This document shows positions 29,613 to 39,385 of a stretch of 64,000 bases of DNA, piece after piece (within the stretch, counting starts at the first letter, position 1; each line of letters starts with the position of its first letter). The notes beneath the pieces are model-generated. The model ran no database searches. It was not told the DNA's origin and saw nothing but the letters and a program-made list of their open reading frames with translations. The DNA lies in assembly GCA_001767855.1 (NCBI GenBank), contig MEMF01000002.1, positions 37,095-101,094 on the forward strand, written 5' to 3'. The translations under genes were made by a program, and so were the position numbers. This stretch comes from Alphaproteobacteria bacterium RIFCSPHIGHO2_01_FULL_41_14. GTDB taxonomy: Bacteria; Pseudomonadota; Alphaproteobacteria; UBA7879; UBA5542.

Positions 29613-30761
29613 ATGGTAAAGAAAGCACTTGAAAAGTTTATCCACTTGGAAGCTTGGCACGATCCAAGCAAAAAACCTTATATTTCTATTCAAGAAATTA
29701 GTAAGTCTTACCTAGGAATTCCAGCCCTGAATCAAATATCCCTGAATATTTATAAAGGAGAATTCTTCTCTCTATTAGGTCCCTCTGGATGTGGGAAAAG
29801 TACTCTCTTGCGTATTCTAGCAGGCCTTGAAACACCTGACTCAGGTGCGGTATTTATTAATGGTGTAGATGTTACACATCTCCCTGCTTATCAACGCCCT
29901 GTGAATATGATGTTCCAGTCTTATGCTCTTTTCCCCCATATGACAGTGGCAGAGAATATTGCCTTTGGTTTAAAACAAGAAAAACTATGCCGAAAAACAA
30001 TAAAAACGCGCGTTGCTGAAATGTTGGAACTCGTTAAATTAGAAAAATATGCGGACCGTGGGCCTCATGAACTCTCGGGGGGACAACGCCAACGAACCGC
30101 TCTTGCCAGATGCATCATCAAAAAACCAAAACTTGTTCTTCTAGATGAGCCCCTTGCTGCTTTAGATAAAAAGCTGCGAGAACATACACAATTTGAGCTT
30201 GTTAATATTCAAGAAAAAATTGGAATCACCTTCATTATGGTAACCCATGATCAGGAAGAAGCCATGACCATGTCAACACGACTGGGGGTTATGGAAGAAG
30301 GACGCACGCGACAAGTGGGAACCCCTAATGAAATTTATGAATTTCCCAACAGCGAATATGTTGCGGACTTTATTGGATCCACAAATATTTTTAAAGGTAT
30401 TATTATTGAAGAAAGCCATGAAGAAACTATCCTAAGAACAGACTCCTTTAAAACAAAAATCAGAATTAGTTACGGGGGAGGACTTGCTGTTGGGTCTCAA
30501 ACGACCCTTGCGATCCGACCCGAAAAAATAAGTGTTCAAAAATCAAAACCCAAAGGAGATTTTAATTGGGCTCAGGGGATTGTCAGAAACATTGCGTATT
30601 TGGGAGATGTGTCCATTTACTATATTGAAATCCGTCCTTCCAAAAAAATTCTTTTGGTCACCATTCCAAATGTGAAGCGGCAAGAAACCTCTGGGATTAC
30701 CTGGGATGAAAAAATATATGTTTCTTGGAAACCTAGTAACGTTATTATTTTAAGTACATAA
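29613..30761 (+). CDS. potA: Spermidine/putrescine ABC transporter ATP-binding protein
   Basis: 382 aa with Walker A GPSGCGKST, signature LSGGQRQR and Walker B LLDEP, plus a C-terminal TOBE-like domain typical of PotA/MalK-type importers. Confidence 0.8.
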   Translation: MVKKALEKFIHLEAWHDPSKKPYISIQEISKSYLGIPALNQISLNIYKGEFFSLLGPSGCGKSTLLRILAGLETPDSGAVFINGVDVTHLPAYQRPVNMMFQSYALFPHMTVAENIAFGLKQEKLCRKTIKTRVAEMLELVKLEKYADRGPHELSGGQRQRTALARCIIKKPKLVLLDEPLAALDKKLREHTQFELVNIQEKIGITFIMVTHDQEEAMTMSTRLGVMEEGRTRQVGTPNEIYEFPNSEYVADFIGSTNIFKGIIIEESHEETILRTDSFKTKIRISYGGGLAVGSQTTLAIRPEKISVQKSKPKGDFNWAQGIVRNIAYLGDVSIYYIEIRPSKKILLVTIPNVKRQETSGITWDEKIYVSWKPSNVIILST

Positions 30762-30776
30762 GCAGATAGGCGCACA

Positions 30777-31700
30777 ATGCACTGGAAGAAGCTCTCTAAC
30801 CATTTTTCCCAGCTCCTTACCGAAAAAATGTGGGGCAGAAAAGTACTCATCGGATTTCCTTATGTGTGGCTTCTTCTTTTTTTCTTAGTCCCTCTTTTTA
30901 TTATTTTCAACATCAGCCTTTCTGAGTCCGTATTGGGCGTTCCTCCCTATAAAAACATATGGGAATGGACTGATCATCTCAGTTTAAAGATTCATCTCCA
31001 TTTTGAAAATTATAAAATTTTATTTGAAGATAGCTTATATCAATATGCGTTTATTCAATCTTTGAAATTTGCCTCAATTTCTACCGTTCTATGTCTATTG
31101 CTCGGATACCCTATGGCTTATACCATTGCACGCGCTGAACCAAGAACGCAAACTTTCCTTTTGTTTCTCGTGTTGCTGCCTTTTTGGACATCCTTTCTGC
31201 TCCGAGTCTATGCATGGATTGGTCTTTTATCCAGAGAAGGATTAATCAACAGCCTTCTAGTATGGCTTGGTCTTGTCGATACGCCTTTGACTCTTCTAGG
31301 CACAGGATTTTCAGTGTGTTTAGGAATGGTTTATTGTTATCTTCCTTTTATGATTTTGCCTCTCTATGCCGCCCTTAGTAAATTTGATATCTCTCTCTTA
31401 GAAGCAGCGGCTGATCTTGGATGCACTCCTTTAAAAGCTTTTCTCAAAATCACTCTCCCTCTCTCAAAAGGTGGAATTATTGCAGGATGTTTTTTGGTGT
31501 TTATCCCGTGCGTGGGAGAATTCGTCATTCCAGAACTTTTGGGAAGCTCGGAAAGTTACGTTCTTGGAAAAGTCATCTGGACCGAGTTTTTTAATAATCG
31601 AGATTGGCCTATGGCTGCCTCTGTGGCCATGCTTATGGTTTTGTTCATGGTTCTTCCCATCGTTTTAGTTCAAAAAATGAATGAACGGTACCGCGGATGA
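30777..31700 (+). CDS. potB: Polyamine ABC transporter permease
   Basis: 307 aa, six TM segments, with an EAA-like loop (EAAADLGCTPLKAFLKITLPL). Confidence 0.7.
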   Translation: MHWKKLSNHFSQLLTEKMWGRKVLIGFPYVWLLLFFLVPLFIIFNISLSESVLGVPPYKNIWEWTDHLSLKIHLHFENYKILFEDSLYQYAFIQSLKFASISTVLCLLLGYPMAYTIARAEPRTQTFLLFLVLLPFWTSFLLRVYAWIGLLSREGLINSLLVWLGLVDTPLTLLGTGFSVCLGMVYCYLPFMILPLYAALSKFDISLLEAAADLGCTPLKAFLKITLPLSKGGIIAGCFLVFIPCVGEFVIPELLGSSESYVLGKVIWTEFFNNRDWPMAASVAMLMVLFMVLPIVLVQKMNERYRG

Positions 31701-32515
31701 AAAAATCAAAACTAGGGTTTGTTTCTTTAATTTTAGGGTATGTTTTTCTCTATACCCCCATCGTCATCTTGATTGCCTTTTCTTTTAATTCTTCTAAACA
31801 AATCAGCATTTGGACGGGATTTTCCTTTAAATGGTATGCGCAACTTTTTTCTAACGAACAGATGTTGAAATCCACATGGATAAGCCTGCAGATCGCTTTT
31901 ACCTGTGCCACCTTATCCACCATTCTCGGCACCATTTCTGCCTTAATTTTAGTGAAGTTCACACAGTTTAAAGGAAAATCTCTCTTTCAAATCCTGGTAA
32001 CAGCTCCCCTGGTTATGCCAGAAATTATTATGGGTCTCGCTTTTTTACTGTTATTTTTTAATCTAGAATCTTTTATAGGTTGGCCCAGAGCGGGGACAAT
32101 ATCCACCATTACGCTTGCCCATACTACGATGGCGATTTCATATGTATGCGCTATCGTTCACGCCCAACTCCTCCATTTCGATCACTCTCTTGTGGACGCT
32201 GCCATGGATTTAGGTGCCCGACCTTTAAAAGCTTTTTTTAAAATTACTCTGCCTATTTTGGCACCGTCTCTTATTTCAGGATGGTTCTTGTCATTTGTCT
32301 TATCTATGGACGATCTCATTGTTTCTAGTTTTGTAGGAGGACCAGATGCAACCACGCTCCCCATGATTATTTATTCCAGTGTGAAATTTGGAATCTCTCC
32401 TCAAATTAATGCCTTGGCGACATTAATTGTTTTACTGGTTTTTCTCTCCTTAATTATTGTTTATCTTTTACACTCTCGGCAGAAAAAGGTCTTTGAACGC
32501 CCCCTTATTCGATAG
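31697..32515 (+). CDS. potC: Polyamine ABC transporter permease
   Basis: 272 aa, six TM segments, with an EAA loop (DAAMDLGARPLKAFFKITLPIL). It overlaps potB by 4 nt. Confidence 0.7.
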   Translation: MKKSKLGFVSLILGYVFLYTPIVILIAFSFNSSKQISIWTGFSFKWYAQLFSNEQMLKSTWISLQIAFTCATLSTILGTISALILVKFTQFKGKSLFQILVTAPLVMPEIIMGLAFLLLFFNLESFIGWPRAGTISTITLAHTTMAISYVCAIVHAQLLHFDHSLVDAAMDLGARPLKAFFKITLPILAPSLISGWFLSFVLSMDDLIVSSFVGGPDATTLPMIIYSSVKFGISPQINALATLIVLLVFLSLIIVYLLHSRQKKVFERPLIR

Positions 32516-33875
32516 TTTGTTTCTTCCAAATATTACTAAGATATCGCCATGTAAAGATAGCGAGCCCTGCTAAGGCATAGGGGACACCAAGTCCCCATAA
32601 CAAAACAGGAGATCCTTTCTGCATAATAACAAAATAATAAGTTGGCAAAAAAGAAAAGAACACAATGTTAAAGGTGTTTGCCCTTAGAATAAATTTTGTA
32701 TCTCCTGCAGCTGTTAAGATGCCACAAAAAACCCAATTCATACCGTCTAAGGCAAGAAACGCCCATACAAAAAAGAGAGACCAACGTATGGGTGTCATGA
32801 GACTCGCTGCCACATGGGGATCATGGACAAAAAGGGGAACGAGTTTATCTGAAAAAAGAACTAAGGGAATAAATATGATGCTGCTGGTAATGAGGTGCAT
32901 CTTTAGCCCCGAACGCAATACTTTTGAAATTTTATCGCTTTGTTGAGCTCCAATTAGGTTAGAAGAAATAGCCATCACCGATTTTTGAAGACCTTCAACT
33001 AAAAACAAGAAAAGAACAAAAAAGCTGGAACTAATGGCACTAATGGTTATATAAGCAGATCCCAAAGCAGCAGCACAGTTTACAAGAATGCTCCATGAGG
33101 CAAACTCTACCGTATGACTCATGCCATTCGGAAGTCCTATTTTGATACAATCTAAAAAAAGTTTTTTATCCAATTTAAAATGGTGGGTACGATAATGCTT
33201 ACGGAAAGAAGGTTTTAAAAACACGGTAAACAAAATACCAGCGTTCAGAACTTGCGCACAAATAGTGGCAAAAGCGGCACCTTTTGTCCCCATGGCCGGC
33301 ACAAACCAAAACCCAAAAATAAATAACGTGGCCAACCCCCCATTCACAACGTTGGAAATAATGGCTGAAATTGTCAGCATTTTTACCTGACCTCGTCCAG
33401 CATAAAACCCGGACAGTGCCCCGATCATGGGCATAAGATAGGCCGTTCCCATCATCCATTGAAAATAAGCTGTTCCCTCTTCTTTATAATAAGGACAAAT
33501 ATGATCCGCACCAAAATAGGCGATTGGAATATAAAAAATGGCTAATGCCATGCTTAGCCATAACATTTGCCAAACAGGTTTGCCCATTTCTTTATAACGG
33601 CCAGCCCCATTAAATTGCCCAACAAAGACTTCTGAAATACTCGTAATGGATAGAGGAGCAAACTGAAAAACCGCCACAATGGAGTTAACAACAGAAACGG
33701 CATTCATTCCATCCAAAGAATATAAAGAGAGTAACCATCTATCTGTAAAGAACATGATGTTCCCTGACATGATGGAAATCATTAACGGCAAAGCTAAAGA
33801 AAAGACTTCTTTGACACTGCCAGATCGATATTTAGTTAAATATTCCGGATTCATGTTCTCTCTTTTAATGGGCAC
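32505..33875 (-). CDS. MATE family efflux transporter
   Basis: 456 aa with 12 hydrophobic segments and an N-terminal region typical of NorM/DinF-like MATE proteins. It overlaps the potC end convergently. Confidence 0.65.
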   Translation of the reverse strand: MPIKRENMNPEYLTKYRSGSVKEVFSLALPLMISIMSGNIMFFTDRWLLSLYSLDGMNAVSVVNSIVAVFQFAPLSITSISEVFVGQFNGAGRYKEMGKPVWQMLWLSMALAIFYIPIAYFGADHICPYYKEEGTAYFQWMMGTAYLMPMIGALSGFYAGRGQVKMLTISAIISNVVNGGLATLFIFGFWFVPAMGTKGAAFATICAQVLNAGILFTVFLKPSFRKHYRTHHFKLDKKLFLDCIKIGLPNGMSHTVEFASWSILVNCAAALGSAYITISAISSSFFVLFLFLVEGLQKSVMAISSNLIGAQQSDKISKVLRSGLKMHLITSSIIFIPLVLFSDKLVPLFVHDPHVAASLMTPIRWSLFFVWAFLALDGMNWVFCGILTAAGDTKFILRANTFNIVFFSFLPTYYFVIMQKGSPVLLWGLGVPYALAGLAIFTWRYLSNIWKKQTIE

Positions 33876-33972
33876 ACTAGGCTATCGTGTTTGGGGGGGA
33901 GGAGTCAATTATAAAACCACTTAGTCATTGTGAATTATACAATATTTTGATACCGTCTCGAGAAAAGAAGAA

Positions 33973-34869
33973 ATGATGCATTTACTCTATCCAGTCGAAC
34001 CAGATCAAAATACATCCCGAATCCATTTCGCGGACGTTCAGCAGGGAACTCTTTACCTTGTCGCGACACCCATTGGAAACCTAGGAGACATTACCCTTAG
34101 GGCTCTGCATACCCTGAGGAATGTGGATGTGATTTTTTGCGAAGATACGCGCGTTTCCAATCATCTGTTAAAGGTGTATGGCATTCAGGCCTCTTTACAT
34201 GCGTATCATGATCACAGCAATGCCTCCGAACGTCACCATATTTTGAAGAGATTAAAAGAAGGCCAATCTGTGGCGCTTCTCTCGGATGCTGGCACCCCTC
34301 TGATTTCAGACCCTGGGTACAAAGTGGTGGTAGACTGTTATGAAGAAAACATTCCTGTAACCCTGGTACCAGGAGCCTGCGCTCTCATTCACGGTCTGGT
34401 TATTTCAGGCCTTCCCCCTGACCAATTTTATTTTGGAGGTTTTTTACCCTTAAAAGATAAAGATCGGCGCGAAAAACTAAGGATGCTGTCCTGCCTTCCA
34501 GCCTCTCTCATTTTTTATGAGACAGGACCGAAGCTTCTGAAAACACTATTAGATTTAAATGAATTTTTTGAGGACCGACTTTTGGCGGTTACGCGTGAGC
34601 TTACCAAAAAGTTTGAAGCCGTTCATCGAGGAAAGGTAAGCGAGCTTCTCACCCACTATACTCAGAAAGGCCCCCCTAAAGGAGAACTTGTTTTAGTTCT
34701 CCAAGGCCAGACTGGGTCTCAAGAGCATCCTCCCCTAAATCGAGATCTTTGCAAAAAGATGTTAGAAAAAATGAGTGTGAAAGATACGGCTGATATTCTT
34801 TCTCACCTATTCGGACAATCCAAAAACAGTATTTATCAAGACCTGTTGAAGATCAAAAATGAAGACTGA
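33973..34869 (+). CDS. rsmI: 16S rRNA (cytidine1402-2'-O)-methyltransferase RsmI
   Basis: 298 aa tetrapyrrole-methylase fold (GTLYLVATPIGNLGDITLRAL..VDVIFCEDTR) typical of RsmI, followed by yraN as in many bacteria. Confidence 0.85.
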   Translation: MMHLLYPVEPDQNTSRIHFADVQQGTLYLVATPIGNLGDITLRALHTLRNVDVIFCEDTRVSNHLLKVYGIQASLHAYHDHSNASERHHILKRLKEGQSVALLSDAGTPLISDPGYKVVVDCYEENIPVTLVPGACALIHGLVISGLPPDQFYFGGFLPLKDKDRREKLRMLSCLPASLIFYETGPKLLKTLLDLNEFFEDRLLAVTRELTKKFEAVHRGKVSELLTHYTQKGPPKGELVLVLQGQTGSQEHPPLNRDLCKKMLEKMSVKDTADILSHLFGQSKNSIYQDLLKIKNED

Positions 34870-35227
34870 CAAGTCACAAAGGGGAACGTTATCTTACAAA
34901 AAAGGCCTATGGGCTGAAGAGTGGGGAGCCCTTGTTTTACGCCTTAAAGGCCATCGCATTTTAGAAAAACGATATAAAACCCCTGGCGGAGAAATTGACC
35001 TCATCACCGAAACTTTAGACCATATCGTTTTTGTAGAGGTCAAAGCCCGCGCCACTTTGTCAGAGGCAGCGTACGCCCTTACCCCTAAACAAAAGTCTCG
35101 GCTACACACGGCTGCGCTTTACTATCTTCAAAGAAATCCGTCTGTAAAAAAATGTCGTTTTGATGTTTTACTTGTCAAGCCAGGCTCCTTTCCGGTACAT
35201 CTTAAAAACATCCTATGGAATGAATAA
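34859..35227 (+). CDS. yraN: YraN family (UPF0102) predicted endonuclease
   Basis: 122 aa with GEIDLI and a FVEVKAR core typical of UPF0102. It overlaps rsmI by 11 nt. Confidence 0.7.
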   Translation: MKTDKSQRGTLSYKKGLWAEEWGALVLRLKGHRILEKRYKTPGGEIDLITETLDHIVFVEVKARATLSEAAYALTPKQKSRLHTAALYYLQRNPSVKKCRFDVLLVKPGSFPVHLKNILWNE

Positions 35228-35230
35228 AAC

Positions 35231-35971
35231 GTGCATAAAAAATATATCTATCCTTTCTGTCTTATTTTTTCTTTGTTTCTAAAAGGGTGCTCTCCTTTGT
35301 CCATGTTCTCCTCTGGGGTTGCGAGCTTGGATACAGCCTCTCAAGAAAGAGGGCTCGGAAACTACGTTACCGATCAAGAAATTAAAACGCGCATTAATGT
35401 TGTTCTTTTTGAACATGACCATCTCCTACACTACAAAGTAGATGTGAATGTGTATGAAGGTCGTGTTCTTTTAACAGGGCACGTAAAAAATAAGCGGATG
35501 CAAGAAGATGCCATTCGCCTCTCTTGGCAAGTACCTGGAGTTAAAACAGTGATGAATGAAATCACCATTGAAGACCCCCGCACCCTCCTAGAATATACAC
35601 AAGACAAGTGGATCTCTACCAAATTGCATGCCCTGTTATTCTTCAATAAAGAAGTGGGGTCACGCAATTATGAAATTATTGTCTCAAGAGGGGTGGTTTA
35701 TTTAACGGGGATCGCTAAGGATCAAAAAGAATTAAACGAAGTTATTTATACCGTCCGTACCACAAAGCATGTGAAAAAAGTGGTCAGTTATGTACGCCTT
35801 ATGGATGCCTATGAGGTACGTCGACGTAAAATTTTTAATGAACGCAAAAACCCCTCTCCCTTAGCTGCCAAGCAAATAGAGCACAAAAAAATTATTCAAT
35901 CAGAAAAACAAAATACCCTTTGGGCAACAACGGATCAAAAAAAAGAGGCTCCAAAAACAAAAGGTGACTAA
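35231..35971 (+). CDS. BON domain-containing lipoprotein (OsmY-like)
   Basis: 246 aa with an N-terminal signal and a possible lipobox (LFLKGC). There are two BON-like segments (VNVYEGRVLLTGHV..., IIVSRGVVYLTGI...). Confidence 0.55.
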   Translation: MHKKYIYPFCLIFSLFLKGCSPLSMFSSGVASLDTASQERGLGNYVTDQEIKTRINVVLFEHDHLLHYKVDVNVYEGRVLLTGHVKNKRMQEDAIRLSWQVPGVKTVMNEITIEDPRTLLEYTQDKWISTKLHALLFFNKEVGSRNYEIIVSRGVVYLTGIAKDQKELNEVIYTVRTTKHVKKVVSYVRLMDAYEVRRRKIFNERKNPSPLAAKQIEHKKIIQSEKQNTLWATTDQKKEAPKTKGD

Positions 35972-37461
35972 TGGTTTCTAAAATCTGGACGGTTTCTTTT
36001 CAGGGCATAGAAGTCATTGATATTGAAGTTCAGGTTCAAATGACCAATGGTCTTCCTGCCTTTTCCATTGTGGGACTTCCCGATAAAGCCGTGGCTGAAT
36101 CTCGAGAACGAATTCGCAATGCGCTGCATGCCATGGGATTAGCTCTTCCGGCCCAAAAAATCACCGTCAATCTGGCGCCTGCTAGTGTTCAAAAAGAAGG
36201 TTCCCATTATGATCTCCCTATTGCCTTAGGCGTACTAGCAGCCATGAGAATTCTGAAAAAAGACGAACTCATGGAATACACCGCCGTGGGTGAAGTGTCG
36301 CTGGACGGAACCTTATTAGCGGTACCTGGAATTCTACCCGCTGCCTTTCAAAGCTATCTTAAAAAAAGACGATTTATTTGCCCAGCCATGTGTGGATCAG
36401 AGGCTGCTTGGATCACAAATCTAGATATCATTCCCGCCTCTTCTCTTTTGTCTCTTGTTAATTTTTTCAAGGGCAATCAAGTTATTGCCCCTCCAACCCC
36501 TAAAGTAGCGACTCCTTACCCAAAACTCATTGATTTTAAAGAAGTGAGAGGCCAACACACCGCTCGTCGCGCGCTAGAAATTGCCGCCGCAGGCGGGCAC
36601 AATCTACTGATGTCAGGACCTCCCGGCGCAGGCAAATCCATGTTGGCTAATCGCTTGCCTACTATTTTGCCCGACTTAGAACCCGCTGAAGCGTTGGAAC
36701 TCAGCATGATTTACAGTGTGGCCGGCCTGCTGCCTGAAGGTCGGCTATTGCAACAGCGCCCCTTCCGTGACCCTCATCACTCTGCCTCCCTCGCCTCTCT
36801 CGTCGGGGGAGGGCATAAAGCAAGACCTGGTGAAATTTCCCTGGCTCATAAGGGAGTCCTGTTCCTTGATGAACTACCAGAATTTTCTCGTAGCGCGCTT
36901 GAGTCTCTGCGTCAACCTCTCGAATCTGGAAAAGTAGTTGTGTCCCGAGTTAACGCTCACATTGCTTATCCCTCAGACATTCAACTGGTCGCTGCCATGA
37001 ACCCGTGCCCTTGCGGATACTTGGGAGATATAGAGCGGGGATGCCGTCGCGCGCCTCTCTGCGGCAAAGATTATCAAAAGAAAATTTCGGGCCCTTTGTT
37101 GGATCGCATTGATCTTCATTTATCTCTGCCTGCTGTTCCTCCCCAAGAACTGGTGAAGCTCAGAGAGGGAGAGTCGAGTCACACGATCAAAGAACGAGTG
37201 GGAGAAGCCCGTCAGATTCAAAAGCATCGCAATAATGGTCTCTTAAATAGCCGCCTTTCCGGCACGCAACTGGAGGAAATGTGCCAACTGACGGCGGAAA
37301 GCAAAATATTGTTGGTGGCTGCAGCAGAAAAATTCAAACTCTCCGCCCGAAGTTATTACAGGATTTTAAAGGTTGCCCGTACCATTGCCGATTTAGCCCA
37401 GAATTCTCAGACAGAACGCCCCCATATGGCTGAGGCTTTATCGTACCGTCATCAATTTTAA
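35971..37461 (+). CDS. comM: YifB/ComM family Mg-chelatase-like AAA+ ATPase
   Basis: 496 aa with an N-terminal ChlI/Lon-like domain, Walker A LMSGPPGAGKSMLA and Walker B VLFLDELPEF, and a C-terminal domain. It matches the YifB architecture. Confidence 0.85.
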   Translation: MVSKIWTVSFQGIEVIDIEVQVQMTNGLPAFSIVGLPDKAVAESRERIRNALHAMGLALPAQKITVNLAPASVQKEGSHYDLPIALGVLAAMRILKKDELMEYTAVGEVSLDGTLLAVPGILPAAFQSYLKKRRFICPAMCGSEAAWITNLDIIPASSLLSLVNFFKGNQVIAPPTPKVATPYPKLIDFKEVRGQHTARRALEIAAAGGHNLLMSGPPGAGKSMLANRLPTILPDLEPAEALELSMIYSVAGLLPEGRLLQQRPFRDPHHSASLASLVGGGHKARPGEISLAHKGVLFLDELPEFSRSALESLRQPLESGKVVVSRVNAHIAYPSDIQLVAAMNPCPCGYLGDIERGCRRAPLCGKDYQKKISGPLLDRIDLHLSLPAVPPQELVKLREGESSHTIKERVGEARQIQKHRNNGLLNSRLSGTQLEEMCQLTAESKILLVAAAEKFKLSARSYYRILKVARTIADLAQNSQTERPHMAEALSYRHQF

Positions 37462-37574
37462 GAGTCATTATTTTCCTTATTCCCCATAACTCTCTAGAAA
37501 AGCTGTTATGTTATTTATTGTGTTTTTACAGTTTGTATTCCATCATGAGATGATCTTTAATACAGGAGGTTACC

Positions 37575-38576
37575 ATGCTAAATTTCAAGAAACTTCTATC
37601 TGTTGGTTTATTGTCAGCTTTTGCCTTAGGGACACTCTCAAGTTATGGGGCACCCGATGAGGGAGCAGCCATTCAGCCGGCCCTCGTTCGCCTGATTGTT
37701 TCCGAATCAGATATCGTCGCTGTTCAACCCTCCGCCGCTGCTGTTCAACCCTCCGCCGCTCCCACTCCCATCTCTTCTGTCACACACCCCACAGACGATG
37801 CTCCCCAAGCTGGATGTTGGGGTAAATTCCTTAGTTGTTGGAAAAAAACTAGTGAAGGAGTGAATGCCATTCTCCCCATTCTTCGGAATGACTTACTGCC
37901 TATCTTACAAATAGTGGCTCTCAACTTAGATCCAAATTCCAGCGAGGCTAAACAACTCCATCAGATTGCGAGTGGCATAGAAAAAGGGACAACTATAGCT
38001 GGCATGATATTTGATCCGAGCACTGGGCAACTTACTCTTCCCAGCGGTGTAACTATTGCCAATGCTCTCTGGTATCTCTGGAATGAAAAATCTTCCACGC
38101 TTACGGATGATTCCGTAGCACTCGGTGGTGTGATGATAAATCGGTGGATGAAGGACATTAATGGAGATACAAAAAAATACGGTATTATTACTGCTAAACT
38201 TGTCCAACTTACCCTTCTCCTCTCAAAGGCAGACGACCCTAAAACCCCTTATAATCCGGTATTTAATCCAACTACAGGGACTGTGTCTCTTAAAAGTGAT
38301 CATAGCCCCCAGCTTCTTGTCAGTATTCCTCTTTTTGGGGAAGAGACTACCCCAGAGACGCATACATTTTTAAAAGGATGCTTTGCAGAATTTGTTCCAG
38401 CCTATGAGAGACGCACTAGCGAAGAAATATCCAATGGAGGGCGCAGAATCCCTGGGAGCTTCCTCCCAGCCACAGGTGTAATATTATCGGCTTACAATAC
38501 ATTAAGGGGAGAGAATCCTCTCTATAGAGCTATAGACCTAGCAATAACTGCTGCAGCTACAGTCACAGACGCTTAA
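37575..38576 (+). CDS. Hypothetical secreted protein with an internal AVQPSAA tandem repeat
   Basis: 333 aa. A strong AGGAGG RBS sits 6 nt upstream. A signal peptide (LLSVGLLSAFALGTLSSYGA) is followed by a Pro/Ala-rich repeat and a globular C-terminal part with no recognised family. Confidence 0.45.
   Translation: MLNFKKLLSVGLLSAFALGTLSSYGAPDEGAAIQPALVRLIVSESDIVAVQPSAAAVQPSAAPTPISSVTHPTDDAPQAGCWGKFLSCWKKTSEGVNAILPILRNDLLPILQIVALNLDPNSSEAKQLHQIASGIEKGTTIAGMIFDPSTGQLTLPSGVTIANALWYLWNEKSSTLTDDSVALGGVMINRWMKDINGDTKKYGIITAKLVQLTLLLSKADDPKTPYNPVFNPTTGTVSLKSDHSPQLLVSIPLFGEETTPETHTFLKGCFAEFVPAYERRTSEEISNGGRRIPGSFLPATGVILSAYNTLRGENPLYRAIDLAITAAATVTDA
37719..37760 (+). repeat. Perfect 2 x 21 bp in-frame tandem repeat (GCTGTTCAACCCTCCGCCGCT)
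   Basis: Directly visible at 37719..37739 and 37740..37760. It encodes AVQPSAA twice within the 37575 ORF. Confidence 0.85.
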
Positions 38577-38629
38577 GAGATAATTTCTCTCTCTTCTGTG
38601 AACACTGCTAACATTTCAAAAACTTGACG

Positions 38630-38666
38630 CCGACGTGGTTTTCACTTACCGTGTCGGTGTTTTGTT
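38630..38666 (+). terminator. Candidate rho-independent terminator after the 37575 ORF
   Basis: 9-bp stem CCGACGTGG / CCGTGTCGG (two G-U wobbles) with a 10-nt loop, followed by TGTTTTGTT. Confidence 0.45.
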
Positions 38667-38676
38667 ATGAACCCGG

Positions 38677-38750
38677 TGGGGGATAGTTTAGTGGTAGAAC
38701 TCTCGACTCTGACTCGAGCAGCCAAGGTTCGAATCCTTGTCCCCCAGCCA
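38677..38750 (+). tRNA. tRNA-Gln (anticodon CUG)
   Basis: Cloverleaf read by eye. Acceptor stem TGGGGGA/TCCCCCA with the U1-A72 pair typical of bacterial tRNA-Gln. Anticodon stem CTCGA/TCGAG with loop CTCTGAC gives anticodon CTG. T-arm CAAGG-TTCGAAT-CCTTG. Discriminator G and encoded CCA. Confidence 0.8.
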
Positions 38751-38763
38751 ATAGCCTTGGAGG

Positions 38764-39324
38764 TTGAAAATGTCTATTCTTGTTGAAAGATCCAACAAAA
38801 ACCATGCTCTTGTTTATGCCACAAAAGTATTATTAGGCAGTTTCTTTATTGCCGCGAGCGCCCAGATTTCCATTCCTTTCTATCCTGTCCCCATGACTAT
38901 GCAGCCTGCAGCTTTGATGATCATTGGTCTTCTTTGTTCCCCTCACATGACTGTCAGCATCGTCACAACCTATCTGATAGAAGCGGCTGTGGGCCTTCCT
39001 GTTCTCTCCAATTTCACGAGTGGGATCCCCCATCTTATCGGCACACGCGGAGGATACATCGTAGGCGGGTTTTTGCCCCTCGCTCTGATCACAAGTTTGA
39101 TGAGACAAGCTTCAGGGCATCTCCTCTATCGAATTCTTGGGTGCCTTTCCGGGAACGTTTTTTTGTACACGGTAGGCATTGCTTGGCTCTCAACCTTCAT
39201 CGGGTTTGAAAAAGCAATTCAATTTGGTTTGTATCCTTTTTTGTGGGAGATTCCGATTTATATTGCCTTTTCCATCCTAACGGCTAATCTTTCGGAACGA
39301 TATCTGAAAGATAAGTTTTTATGA
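38764..39324 (+). CDS. bioY: BioY family biotin transporter (ECF S-component-like)
   Basis: 186 aa with five or six TM segments. The N-terminal ALVYATKVLLGSFFIAASAQISIPFYPVPMTMQ matches the BioY signature region. Confidence 0.7.
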   Translation: MKMSILVERSNKNHALVYATKVLLGSFFIAASAQISIPFYPVPMTMQPAALMIIGLLCSPHMTVSIVTTYLIEAAVGLPVLSNFTSGIPHLIGTRGGYIVGGFLPLALITSLMRQASGHLLYRILGCLSGNVFLYTVGIAWLSTFIGFEKAIQFGLYPFLWEIPIYIAFSILTANLSERYLKDKFL

Positions 39325-39385
39325 AAGAAGCTCAGGGCTATTGTTGGTTTTTTCTCGACATCAAACCCAAAGAGCGGTTCCAATA

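Noticed and set aside
37575-38576. Considered whether the secreted repeat protein is an Hcp/VgrG-like T6SS substrate
   Set aside because: It has a cleavable signal peptide (T6SS substrates are Sec-independent) and no resemblance to Hcp or VgrG. Retained only as a generic exported protein of unknown function.
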